A stretch of DNA of 64,000 bases from Lingula anatina (Eukaryota; Animalia; Brachiopoda). The position numbers were made by a program, and so were the translations under genes. Location of the stretch: contig CM120642.1 in the NCBI GenBank assembly GCA_051362555.1, forward strand, positions 8,804,001 to 8,868,000. Reading direction: 5' to 3'. Under the pieces are notes generated by a model, which saw only the letters and a program-made list of their open reading frames with translations, did not search any database and was not told the DNA's origin. Of the stretch, positions 11,401-24,900 are shown piece after piece. The number at the start of each line of letters is the position of its first letter. Positions within the stretch are counted from its first letter, which is position 1.

Positions 11401-14400
11401 ACATAGTCCAGCCCCCACTCTGTGATGGCTTTGGCAGTATTCACTGGCTCCTGGGGGTCTGGCGGGGGCGGGGCACGGGAGGTCTTCACTGAACAAAACA
11501 TACAGCCTCTGGTACATGTGTCTCCAAGAACCTGAAATATGTTGTATATATTGTATTATATGTTGCATATATTGTATTTTATTCACAGGGGCCTATTTCA
11601 TAGAAGAGCTCAAGATTGAACTCAGCTCTTCACTAAAAGATCAAAATTGTTTGTGTGGTTTTACCCAGGATCTATCATGTGGCCCACATGAATGTGAATA
11701 CTGCACCTGCTTTATAAAGAGACATGGCCATAATGCTCTGGACCAAAGTTTATACTTAATGTCAGTATACTACTACAAATTCATCCTCAACTGAAATAGA
11801 CCACTGTTCCTGAAGTTTCTATTCCTGAATTAATTCCAACTTTCAGTTATAATTTTTTGGGGAAACTAGCGCTATTGCTTGGGCATCTCGCACTGAAGTT
11901 CATGTTGCAATATTTTTTCACGAGTATCACTACGCTTCCCCCAACAGACAAAGAACATTGGCATATAGTACAATCAAGCACTTTTCTTAAGAAAAGCAGA
12001 ACTACATTTATATTTTTCATTGACTTCCACCTACTTCCAGCTCTGTAATAAGAAGGACTACTATCTGAATCTCCCATATGTTGTCTTATTTTTTAAGAAA
12101 AACATATTTAAGTGTGTCATCAATAAATAAAATAAGTGACTGCTACATCTACAGAAATGTATTTTCAATTTAATATGAATTCCTGCTCTTTTGTTTCAAC
12201 AACCCTCCTTTTATTCTACAATTCATACCTTAATAATATAATTAATATTATTCACAAGTGGCATTCATTTAAATTGTGTACAAAAATTCCTATTCATGAG
12301 ATAAAATAAAGGTCATGTGAAGGTTTACCATAATGGTAGCTGTTGCTGTGCTGTGTTCTCCTCCTCCCCAACATTCTCCTATATTAGGACATCTGGCTTC
12401 TTCACACACCTGAAAACAGAATAGTTGAAATGTAGAATATCAAGGTTCTCAGGTCTAACTAACTAACTTAATAAATTAAAGGGGTAATAACTCTTCGTAT
12501 GAAACCTGTATTTCACAATAAAAACATTGTGAATAACTCACAGAAATATAATATATTCTGTTTTACCACAAAAACGGCAGTTATAGCTATTTTTTCTGAT
12601 ATCTGAGCTTGTCTTTAGACCACGTGTCCTCCATTGATGGCTATACTCTGTTAAAATCTCTTAAGAGATTTTACCAAAAAACCAAACTTTTTAGAAAAAA
12701 AACAGGGACTAACTTTGAATGTAAAAATGGATTCATTAACCATTGGTAAGTATGGGAAAATTGCTATTTACTCCAGGAAAATTCATTATTTGGCCGAAAC
12801 AAAGAGTTATTATCCCTTTAATAAACAAATAAATAATTGTATCAAGAGATATTAATTTCTTCTTATTATTATTATCCAATTTAAAACTTACATTTGGCTT
12901 GATATACATTTGTATGTAACAAAAGACCTCTTTCTGTGGCATTTAAAACATTCCAAACATGCAACATAACATAATAAAGGAAACAGCATCAAGCAATACT
13001 GGGTGTTGTTTTTTCTCTTTCATACCAGCAATGACATAACTTAGATACATCAAGTACCCTGTAATTTTTTTTACACTATCAGTCAAACCATTTCATCAGC
13101 TGTTTGCAAACTTACAGTGTGGAGTTTAAGATCTCTGAGGTCCTTTCTGAGCTTGGTGTAGTTCTGTCCAATTGGAATGTCAGTTCTCAACCATGGTGGC
13201 AGACGCAATCTGTTTATTTGAGAAACAAATATTAGTAGAACAAATAGAAAAGTTATATTGACTACAAATAATTTACATCAAACAAACAGTGTAAACACAA
13301 AGAAACATTTAATAAACTAAAGACAGTGAAAGAGGAAATGTACATAAAGAGATAACCATTGGTCAAGGTCATGTGCATATTATTTGCCTCTAAACTTTTG
13401 AACAGTCTGTGAATCTTTTGGTTCAAACATTTTTTTTTGTTCATGTTTCTCCAACGACAAATACCTCATAAAAACACACAGTTGATGAACAATTACTAAT
13501 ATTTAGATAATTCACCAAACCTTTCTTTTCTTTTCCCTTGTAATTTTAAAGGATATGACCAAGATTCTGTCTCTGGTGTATTTTCCTGTATGAAGTCTTC
13601 CAACCCTGGTCCACTGGCTATTCTCTCCTTCTGGTGCTTTGTAAGATTTGAATATGTCTTACATTGGCATACCATACAAGCCTAAAACATGAAAACAACA
13701 GCTAATTAATCAGTCACTTTTTTGTACTTGTTTGTTTTCTTTGTGGAATGCCTGATACCAAGCAAAGGGATTTTTCAACATTCCATTCCAAATCTGTATC
13801 TATATTTGTTAAAGATGACCCCCCAAGTTTTGTTTAATTAAGACTAATATTTTAGGATGTAAAGATTACTGGCACTGCTGTATGATTGGGCTTAAGACAA
13901 AACATTGTGTCAAATTATATTTTCTCATAATGCCGGCATTTGCTGACCAAATTTTCTTCACTTTGCCAATTTCACATGCATGTAACTATGCTTCAGACCA
14001 TCCCAGTACCAAATTTTAAACTCTGTGTCTATGTTCAGTTCCTAGAATTCTTATGTGACAATATTAAGAGGTTAAAATTAAGTTGGGCAACCTTCGATTC
14101 ATTTTTGAGAAAGACGTCTTAAAAAATGGAAACAATGAAAAACAGTGCACATAAAACACAAGTGTCCGTTTATCTTTAAATGTGAAAGCTAAAAACCATA
14201 ACATCTTACTCAGCCTTTTTACGCAGTTATCTATGTTTTAAATAATTAGAGACTACTGCACTGGTACATTGTACAAATAATTGAGAAAATGTGTGAAACC
14301 TTAGCGAGTGTATGACAGTATGAGTAAATATTATGAATGTTTATTGACCCAACCTTTAAACTGAAGGTACAATTATTTGAGACTTAAAGTACAACATATA

Positions 14401-14694
14401 TAAACAGCAAACTATGTACTACAGGCGGATGCCTAGTACATGTAGTTGTACTGCAAGACACTATATGTACAGTAATGAACACGCTTTGGTTGACTGCGGT
14501 TGAGTAACAGAAGTTTCACAGGAATGCACTAACCATTACGTCATTTCTCGTTGACATTTTAATTTCAATACATTCTCACTTCAGGCTGAATGTGCGCTAT
14601 AAAAATATAGAGTTGACGAAAAACTTACCGTAGGATACGATTTTTGAATACGAGACTTAGCAAAGCAGCTGACAATTTTTGTGACACTCGCCAT
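8460..14694 (-). CDS. LIAS: Lipoyl synthase, mitochondrial (radical SAM), 11 exons, 378 aa
   Basis: Minus-strand exons 14694-14629, 13681-13521, 13209-13116, 12409-12329, 11531-11375, 11033-10976, 10675-10547, 10306-10161, 9642-9572, 9113-9002 and 8521-8460. All GT-AG, 1137 nt in frame. Motifs RLPPWL, auxiliary cluster [12 protein letters not shown], radical-SAM [42 protein letters not shown] and [10 protein letters not shown]. Basic, Ser-rich N-terminus resembles a mitochondrial transit peptide. Confidence 0.97.
11586..11806. mobile_element. Small MITE-like element in LIAS intron 4
   Basis: Imperfect TIRs CAGGGGCCTATTTCA and TGAAATAGACCACTG, plus internal hairpin GAAGAGCT...AGCTCTTC. Confidence 0.45.
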
Positions 14695-14960
14695 TTCACC
14701 TTGACCTGAGTTTAACCTATTTAGTTTGACCTCATTTTCAAGATATTCTTGCTCCGAACTATTTCTAAATTTGTCTTTGATAAAATGGCCAAACGGAATT
14801 GAATTCTAACATGTGCCATCATTAATTTATAGTTTAAAATGAACCTAACTTTAAAAATGCATCCAATGTTTCCGTTGTGTAGTTTGTTAAAAGATATTTT
14901 GTTAAGTGCGTTCTATTTTGTGTAGTCGACAGTAAACTATTTTGCGTAGTTGTTCGGTCA
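14695..14960. promoter_or_regulatory. Probable bidirectional promoter region between LIAS and the divergent TRMT9B-like transcript
   Basis: Locally CpG-richer than the flanking introns. YY1-like CGCCATTT overlaps the LIAS ATG (14689-14696), ETS-like TTTCCGG at 14961, and a plus-strand donor (AG|GTATAT at 15041/15042) lies about 350 nt from the LIAS ATG. Confidence 0.5.
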
Positions 14961-15041
14961 TTTCCGGTGAAGACGATCGACCGGCTGATTTTGCCGTGAA
15001 GTTTACGGCGAAGTTGTTTGCAGTGTCTTCACCGTTTTAAG
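14961..15041 (+). other. Putative non-coding first exon of the TRMT9B-like gene
   Basis: CpG-rich segment ending at donor AAG|GTATAT, with no ATG. No other plus-strand gene was found between here and 34122. The start coordinate is approximate. Confidence 0.45.
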
Positions 15042-18000
15042 GTATATTAATTATACACTTAAATTTTGGTTATGTGTACCTTTTTCTGAATATGGATTTT
15101 GACATTTCAAATGCAACATGTAGATAGAAAAAATGTTCCTTGTTTATCTAGTAAAAATTTTAAGTAACGTCAAAGGTCGCATAATTACGAAATGTCGTTG
15201 TCACTAAGGAAGACAGTAGACTGACTCTACTGTATTCCCAAGTCATGGCCTGTGTTTTCAGAAACATGACCTATAAAATGTTGTTATACTGAAATAGCCA
15301 TATTTTCAGTTTTCCTTCGATGGTCGTTAAATTGGTAAATTGAATTGCCAAATTAATTTATTAGTAAGTCGCCGCACAGTTGTAAAAAGAATTTGAAACA
15401 GTTGTAAATTGGGGGCGGGGGGCGGAGGCAAAAGTGCCAATAAATTTAGATAATTGAAATGCATATAGTAAAATGATTGCATAATTTTTTAAAAAGTCCA
15501 AAATCGAGAATCAAATACATATTCACATTCTAAACCGTAAAGTTTGAGGTGGCACTGATGAATCCAGGAGCTAGGTTATGAAAAACATATCATACACACA
15601 TATATACATGTTTTAGTTTTCAAATGAGAAAATATGAAGTAGGGCATGTTTACTTATAAATATGTAAGATGCCGGGATGAAAAATTTTGTGGTTTTGTCC
15701 AGCATTATTCGTGATACTTTTTTCTGGGAATGTGAAGGGGGTGCTTTAGAAGTCAAGGGAGGTTCACATCTTCTGTGCTCCCCCCCCCCTCTCTCTTTCT
15801 CTAATCCCCCCCCCCCTTGATCTGTTATTGAGTGGGTAGGACTAAAACATTTAGTTCTCTCCACTCCATATTTTACCAACATAGTGATGACAATTCCATA
15901 CATAATTTCTTGCTGGTATAAAAAAAGTATTTAGAATTAGCCAGAGATATATACTGTGAATATCTGGTGAAAAAGCAAATAGAAAAGGTAGAGGGTAAGT
16001 TCTCACCAGGAGTCATGGATGAATTTTTGCATGGTGCATTTTGACCTTTATTGAATGTCACAGCGGTGACTTAAGAGGTAGGTTGACGGGTAGATTTCCT
16101 TTGAGCTTCATACAGACATGGGAAAACTGCCTGTTCATCATGTCATGACCACTTGAAATACCAGAGGACCTGCAAAGTTTTTCATATTGTATGTCCTCTT
16201 TACTGAAAGGTGTAAATGAAAATAAGGTGCATTATAATGATAATTACCTGTTAACATGAATTTACTAAAATAAAATACTTTGGTTGAGCCAGCACAGAAT
16301 TGGGAGGACCAGTCACTTGCATATTTCTTGTAGTGCAGGTCCTCCAAACCTTCAGAACAACTTAATTTTCATTTTCACCATTTCTGATTCATAACATAAC
16401 AAAGCATTACTAATGAACTCTTTAGAATTGGTAAAGAAGGCCATCAATTAGTGCAAAATCAAGTGGGATTTTGTAGGATTTCAAGGAGAGGGGCTCAGAA
16501 AAGATGGCAGAAAAGCAAGTATGATTATGAATAAAACTGACGGAATTTATTTCGGAATATTTTTTTTTTGTTGTTGTTAAGTTTTGCTATTTAAGACAAC
16601 ATTCCTTGTGGGCCTCACATGGCTTTTCTAGTATTATATAACATCATGAGGAGGCATTGCAGTGAGTTGGTGCAAAATGTAAAGGGTAAGTAAGGCTTAC
16701 AAGATATCTTCAGACATTCAGTTGCAGTACTTATTTATTGTCCAAGATGGCCTAAAACTAGGTTGTCAACACTGTGCGGTGCTATAAGAGATCAGAAAGT
16801 GTACAAGAAGCAGGAAGAGGTGGGGTTATCTTTTTGGGAGTAATGTGCAGGGAATGATATCTTAATAAACAGTACAAGACTGATGCGCAACGTTTGAATC
16901 CTTGCTGATATACAAAAGACTGTAAATCAACAGAACTTGAGATACAACAACTTGCAAAATAGGTCCATGGATAAATTCGGTCGGTTTCAGTAACTGTCAT
17001 ACTGCAGTCACTAGTCTGACTATGGTCACTTAACCTGCAAAATTTTGCTTAATGTTATGCAACTAGTAAGAGACAAATCTTTGAGCTTTCTCTGGCAATT
17101 CTCTTTGAAGTGTCTACTTTACTACGTCAAGATTTTTGTAACTTGTACCTTGAAATGCAGCCGTGAACTACATATTGTGACTACATATGAATTAAAGCTG
17201 TTTTTCTTTCTATTGCTCATGTCATGTAAAGCAGTGGCATGGAGCACAATTATAATATAACAAGTGCATCTGGTTGTCTGACACAGATGTTGTTAACTAA
17301 GGAAGGCAATCAATATTGGCACAGTGACATTAAAGATCTGTTTTCATATCAACATACATGTACACTGAATGCTGAATTATTCAGTAAACACTACCAAGTT
17401 TATGTGTTACCTGTGCATTATTTACCTGTGGGGACCATAAAGGGGAACTGAATTTATTTGGCAGTGCCGTCTTTATTGAGATTAAGACTGCATTATCCTG
17501 CATTATTGCCAGTCTTGCTGAAATCTACAAATTAACGTTTTACTTTTGACTCACTCTCAATTCTGCAATACAAGTTAAAACCTTAACATATTGTACCATG
17601 TGCCATAATTATTAACCATATAGACCTTTGCTTACATTACGTTTATATAAAACATTAACTCTCCTGATTTGTGATGGTTTAATGTAAAGGCACTAAATTA
17701 GTGCCAGACCTTTATATAAATGTAAAGTGAAAATTGAATTTTCCTGGAAGTTTCAACAGTATATTTCCTTAATCACTAGCTTAGTTAATCCTAATGCAAA
17801 TCTGTTTTCAGATTTATGATCCATGACCTCATCTTTGAGTTAAACACTTAGTTTCTAATTTTTAAGTTTATAATGGATATAGACTGGTGTCACTTCTGTT
17901 GATAAAAATGAAAAAAATTTCAATTCAGTTGCTCAAATTGGAAGGATATTGCTACCCATGTACCTGGACTGGGACTGATTTAGCTGTAATTTCTTGCTGG

Positions 18001-18703
18001 TGCATTGAAATGTGTCTTTGATGAGAATTAATTTCTTGACATACTTAATTTTCTTTTTTGTTTCTTTTAAATGACATGCACAAATCATGGTTTATTTGGG
18101 CTAGTAATGACTGAATTGGGCCAAACATGAACAAAGTAACATAATCATTGTGGAGTATTTTTGAAATATCATCCCTATGGCCAACCAAATAATGCCCCGT
18201 AAACAACAACATCTACATAAAAAGGAATGATATGCATAATTTTCTTAACTGTATACCTTGATGTGTAAGTCGCTGAAATTTCCGGTAAAGTTAATCTTGT
18301 TTGTCTCTGTAAGTGTCTATCATATACATAGACTGCCTTTAAGCATCCCTATCTCTGCCAGTATTCCCACAAATTAATCCAAGGTTGGATTGCCTAGTAT
18401 GTATAGCAAGGGGCATAAAATCAATAATTGCAATCTCATTTTCAGTCCACGACTTAAACATCTGTGGGAGCTGCTGCAGCACATCTTGCTTTTTCTGCAT
18501 GTGCAAGAATTGGCAAATGAATCTAACTCTTTAATAAGAGAAAGATTGATTTTATTTATGCACACTACAAGTGATGTGAAAAGCACATGGCCTTTGAGCA
18601 CATTTTTAATCAAAGTCAGACATATTTTTGTATGAAACTAATGCATATTAATGAAAAAAGGATCAAATGTCAGTATTTCAAATATATGAAATGGTTTACT
18701 TGA

Positions 18704-18769
18704 ACACACACACACACGCACGCACGCACGCACGCATGCACGCACGCACACACACACACACACACACAC
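18704..18769. repeat. (CA)n/(CACG)n microsatellite
   Basis: Directly visible. Confidence 0.9.
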
Positions 18770-20060
18770 TAAATTGAACCATCTCAAGCATTTGGGATAC
18801 GCCATCTTCGACTGGATTAACCAAACTGATGAATAGAATATTACATTTTGATTCTACAGTTAACTTTTATTATATATTTAAACTGGTACTGTTATATTTA
18901 CATTGAATAATGTCCTTATTTAACTAATTTTTTGCCAGATATTATTAAAGTCATAACAGTAATAGTAAAAGATTGATATTGCATTCAACATTTTAATAAT
19001 ATGAAATTCCAACTGATTTATTTCAAATAAAGCTGTGCTCATGCTATCTAGTAAGTTTTCATTTTAATGGACTAATGTGTAAAATGATATTCTGTATTTT
19101 GTTAAACTTTTAAGTTAAAAAAAAAGACAGAGTGACTATTTCTAGTAATATTTAGGTCAATTGATTATTTCTGCATTCATCAAAATAAGTATTTTGCAGT
19201 AGAAGTCGAAAGATTAATGATCTCAGTCTACATGTGAAGCTGGTGCAATTATTGTTCTTTGTGAAAAAAGAAATCAAATAAGACCGTTTAAAGTCATCGA
19301 CTAAAATACTATGTGATTATGGCATGTCAAGTTACTGATAAGATTAAACTTATTCAACTTGTTGAATTACTTCTTTGTAAAGTCTCAGTTGTTTCACTTC
19401 ATAAATATTCATTTTTTCTTGAATTTAAAAAAAATCATTGTTCTGTCCTTTGAACCGTAATCTGAGCAAATCTGAGCAACTCTTTTTTAATCCATTCACT
19501 ATGGGGACAGGTAGCCAATTAGCATGGAATCTCATTCCTTAGCACTATACATAGGTGGTTGTAGAAATAGGCCCTAGTGAGTAAACAAAAAGGTATAATA
19601 GGAGTGCAATATTTTGTGCAAGTTGACAATTGTACTGACATGAAAATTCTTCCCATACACATTGTGTAGATCAAAAAAAGCAAACTTTGAATCCACGTAA
19701 ATTCTGTTGGCACTTTATGCTCTTTTAGTAACCAATTATAATTTGAGTTCTTTTCATAGCCTTGATGCTTTGCCTGTTGATTTTCCAGAGCTGCATTTTT
19801 TGTAATGTAACCCTTTTCTCCACAAGCGATGATACTACCTACACCTTACAAACTAGCCATTCTTATAAAAACCAACTATAGGCCTAGTGCTCAAGCTGCA
19901 CTTAAAACTCTTCTTTGAAACTTGCAAATACACTATATTTTACCATTCAACGTTTTAGAAATCGGGGGCTCCCTGCTGTATAAAGCATTAAGAGTTAAGA
20001 ACCCACAGTGCATTGGGAATCTATTGATGTTCATGCAGCTACCAAAACTTGGCAAAAGAC

Positions 20061-20245
<185 letters not shown>

Positions 20246-21798
20246 AAAAAAGTTTTATGGATTGGATTGGAAGAAGGTCCACTTTCTCAGCTGAATAAGG
20301 TGGTGCTGATTTCAACATTAACTGAGGAAGTATACTTGTAAAAGCAATTATTACAAACAATTCTTATGGTTTAAATGATCGGTATTTGGGAACAAGCTTC
20401 GTCCTATGACAACATTATCATACATAGTGTTTAGGATATTAATCACACATAGACCCAATGTGGTTTTGTCTTTTGCATTTTCTTCTTGTTGTTTACTGCA
20501 ATCACTAACCTCCATCAATGAAACTAATTATAAGAAAGCAATTACATGATGGCACATTTTTGTGAACGAAGCCACCACACCTTCTAACAATTTGAAAGTG
20601 AAAGAGAGGGAAGTCTGATAGATGGGGAGATTATTAATCTGAATTGGGAGACGGGGAGATGTGTCCCAAAATCAGGAGTGTTGACAGGTCACCGTGTCAG
20701 ATCTAGAGCTATAGGAAGTCCTCAGCACAGCGGTGCTCCCACTTCTCTGAACAGAATGCAGTAGCTGTATTGTGTTAGAGAGTGAGTAGCTCTAGAACCC
20801 AGCATGCACGTTTCATGGGTCCTAGGTTAGAACAATCAAGAAGTCAGCTTCATTTATAACCATTATCTATATTTACTGAAATTAAACATACTGTTAATAT
20901 CATCTTAAAACCAAGTTACTAGTACTGAAGCTTTTTCTTAAGATGTGTTATGTTGTTTTTTTTTCAGAAGACTTCCCCATTGCCCTCTTGAGTCTATGGC
21001 TTCTCACACTGCAGCTGCATGTAGATGGACGTGTTTGAAAATGGCATGAGAGAAGTTGCCAAACAGAAGTAGCTACAGAATAATATTACTTACCTGTTCA
21101 GGTATAAACATGGGACCAACAGACTTTGGGATTTGCATCACCTAAATAGAACAAAAAAATCTATATACAGAAATACTCTTTGATGTTAAGTTAGCTTTGA
21201 TATATTTTTTGTCTTATTGTGGTACTACATGCTGGATGGAGCCAGATGTGGAATTCACTTTAAGTTTATATGTTTTTTTTTATATTTTGTTATTTTTCTT
21301 TTACTGTTCATATTTTTTCTCATATTCTACTGGAAATACTGTAACTTGATAATAAGTGGATGAAAAAAATGGTCATCTCTGCCCTGAGTAAAGATAAAAA
21401 ATTAAGCATGCAATAGGCCATGTTTTGTTCTGGAATTGATTCTTCAAGACAAAGTGTACAATTAAAATAGGGATTTCACACTTGGATTATTTGAACTAAA
21501 TTAACAAAGAAGTAAGATGCAGATCTGATGTAAGTTTTAAATTTTTTGTATAGATTTTGTTTTCACTTGCAACCATAATTTGGTATTAAGTAATAAGCAT
21601 TTTAGCATCATGCTGTTTTATTTCAATTTCTATTTTCTTCAACCTACTTGTATGTATCACTAAGAAATAGATAAACAGTCTGTATGAAGATTATGATTTT
21701 TTTATCAGTTTTGATATCCATTGTAAGGGGCACCCAGAATTGATTATGTTATTCTTAACCATGGATTTTTCTCAATGCGATTTTCTCCTTCTCCTTAG

Positions 21799-21953
21799 AA
21801 GCCGACAGGAGGAATTTATTGATTGGTTTTGCCGGGTCAATAATGCGTGCGTCATGAGTTTCAAATTAGAAAGTCCTTGTCATTCAATGTGAACCAATAG
21901 AGTCTGGAGCACTGATGGTTTTACATGCCGAGCCTATGCCCAACCTTCGCAAG
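21799..21953 (+). other. Putative 5'UTR exon of the TRMT9B-like gene
   Basis: Strong acceptor (TTTTCTCCTTCTCCTTAG|) and consensus donor (AAG|GTGAGT). GC/CpG is higher than in the flanks. Contains upstream ATGs. Confidence 0.5.
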
Positions 21954-24900
21954 GTGAGTGTGCAGCTGATAAATAGAAATGCATTTGGCAAAATCACATC
22001 TTAAAAACTAATGAAAGTCATTAAGTTGGTGACATATTAAAGGTGAGATAAATTAAAGTTGCCAAGAGAAGAACCACATTTAGATAAGTCAGATCTCGAA
22101 AGGTAGCAATGTGCATGGGTACTGTATCTTACATAAAATGATGTGATGAATAAGTGTTTAATGTGACAAGGAGAAAAGCTTGAGGTAAATCTGAAAGAAA
22201 TATGATGCGACAAACATCCAGCAATGCAGTCACTGTCTCTTTTTCTGCCTATAGTAACCTCTCATTCCAACTATGACCTAAGGAGGCTATTAGATGTTCA
22301 GCTGGCTGTATTTTCCATTATCCTGAAAGCCTGAGAAGGTATATATGTACTTGCTGCATTAATACAACCCAGATAAAATAACACTGTTTGTCACCTCAAA
22401 TGTAAGAATCCACTCACTTCTTGTGTGAAACTAACACTGTTATGTGGCATGTAACTGAGTTTTCGTTAAGGATAGAGAGATTTCACAGCTGACTGTGATT
22501 AATTATAAATCACATTATGTGGAATAATTGATATTCATACTTAGTATTATATGGCAGTTGTACTACTGTGCTACATGTAGTGTATAATACAGTATATATA
22601 GTGGTCTGAAAACATTGGTACAGTTTTTTTGTCTCCAAGTTTTCCCAAGAGTGGTTTGGATTGGATTAGATTATGACACTTACTCATCAGGTATGGACAA
22701 AATTGATGATTAATATTTCCCAGTTACTAATACCTAAAAAAATTGCTTTGTCCTTTTTATTTAGTGATTGAGAATGATAATTCATCAAAAAGTGCTTGAA
22801 ATTTATGAGGAAACCCTGTAAGCTCCTTTGAAGATACATTGTTTAAAACATTCTGCTTGTCAGATATACCACACAACACCTGAATCTGGCATGTACTTAC
22901 CATCAGTTGGTTGAATTTCATGTCCTAGCACCAGGACTTACTTCATGCTGGCAGTAATGCAGTCAACTTTTCCTCACTGTGGACAAACATGGCAAAACCT
23001 TAACAAAAACATAGATGATAATTCAGCATTAAGGCAAAATTCAGAATTTTTACAAATCAGATAAAACAACTGTCATTTAAATTTAGAATTTTTTTTTGCA
23101 AACCAACAGGTAATTTAAACTGCACATCCACTCATCAGCTTGTAACTAAAAGACTCAAGTTATTCATGCCTGCTGTATAGTTTATTTGGAGTGCTGGAGT
23201 TCTGAATCTTTTAAGATAATATTAATCATGTTGTGCAACCCTGTTTAATAAGCCATTGCTAGGTTGTAGTCTTCATGGCATCAATATGATATAGTCTTCT
23301 TGTCTTCTTGTTTGTCTCTCCCTTTTATTAGCCTTAACATATATTGATGAACATATCTTAAGAGGCAAGCCAGGCAATTTGATGTTGAATGGGCTTAGTG
23401 GTATAAATGCTCTGCTTTTACCACTGTAGCAGTTATAATATATTCCAGCTACTACCCTTAGAGCACACATCACAGACTAGGATACTTCATTCTTTTTTCC
23501 ATTAAAATTAATTAATATTAAGTAATATTCTATTAACCATGAACTCCATGAAAATTTTCATTCATTCTACCTCATCTCGACAGAATAAAAAATCAGATGG
23601 CTCTAGTCTTTCAGTGAGCTTACTGCACAGATTTTGACTGCACTGTCACGGGCGTAAACACAGATTGTTTAAATGTGGGAGCAGGTAGGTATATATTGGT
23701 CCACAGCATTGTCATCATAATACATGTCATTTTTTTATCATAACAGAATAATTGTTGAACTGTGAATGAACTGACTGCTCCTAACTGAACTGTTACTAGC
23801 ACAATTATGTAGACTGAGAGAGTGATAGCAAGCTTGCTTAAGTGCACAGTAATTCAATTATCTGCTACACCTAACATGAGATAGCTGCCATTAGTTGGCT
23901 TGCTGCGAATACAATATTCTGCAGGTACTTTTATTCCATACAATTCCCAAGAGACTTTAATGGTAGTGTGACAGAACTTGTATTTCTGATATAATGTGAC
24001 ACCTGTTTGCATAGGTAACAGCGAGATATTGTGCTATGGTCTTACAGTTGACATTTTATTAGAAAGCTAGAAAGGTTTCTCAATTTTTTTTTGTCTAGTA
24101 ATCACCTACTAGTATGCTTCTATGAATTAAAATGGTTTTTGTATGATGATTTTCTTGTGATGTTTATACACTTGATGTAGTCAGTAATACTTCTAAGTGA
24201 TCTGATACAGTTTTATTATATTATATAGCAGATGTGACAGTGAGATGAATGCCTATATTTTGTATTAATTTTGGCTATGTTTTTTAAAGTAGACAAAAAG
24301 ATTTAAACCAAAGATTTAAACAGTATTTTTGGTTGAGAATACAACACTTTGTCAAATTACCCAGAAAAACAGCTATCAGATCAGCTGTATATGACTGAGT
24401 TTTCCATATATACGACCTGATCTGTGATGTACTGGTTATGCTTAATAGTAAAGCAGCAGTACCATGAGGTGGGGAATATTATACCTTGTGAAAGCAGAGG
24501 AAAATCTTCATTGCTTTTGTCCACATAAAATCTTTATAGCACCTGTTATAAGATCTGCTATGGCATTGCTTTCTGAGCATCTGAGCAGGAAATGTCACCT
24601 GCCTGGTTCTAATGATAGTTGACAAACCTTCTCTCACATCTCAATCCCTTTTTCTCCCACACACACACACACATATTACTCTACATGATATAGCACCTAT
24701 GATGAGTTGCTGTTGCTCTCTGTATGTTGTGGTCATATCTTCAGCCTGGTAATATTACCTTCAGATTAAGCAATGCTCTGGAAAGGAAATTAATCAATAA
24801 ATTACAGACAGCGATTGTGCTTCAAAGAAAAGGTCAGCGGTATTAAAGAAACATCAAGCACCAGTCACACTATAGGTTAACAGATTGTGATGACAGAAGT

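Noticed and set aside
15014-15034. CAGTGT as a possible iron-responsive element near an Fe-S enzyme gene
   Set aside because: The flanks do not form the 5-bp upper stem with a bulged C, and it is on the strand opposite to LIAS.
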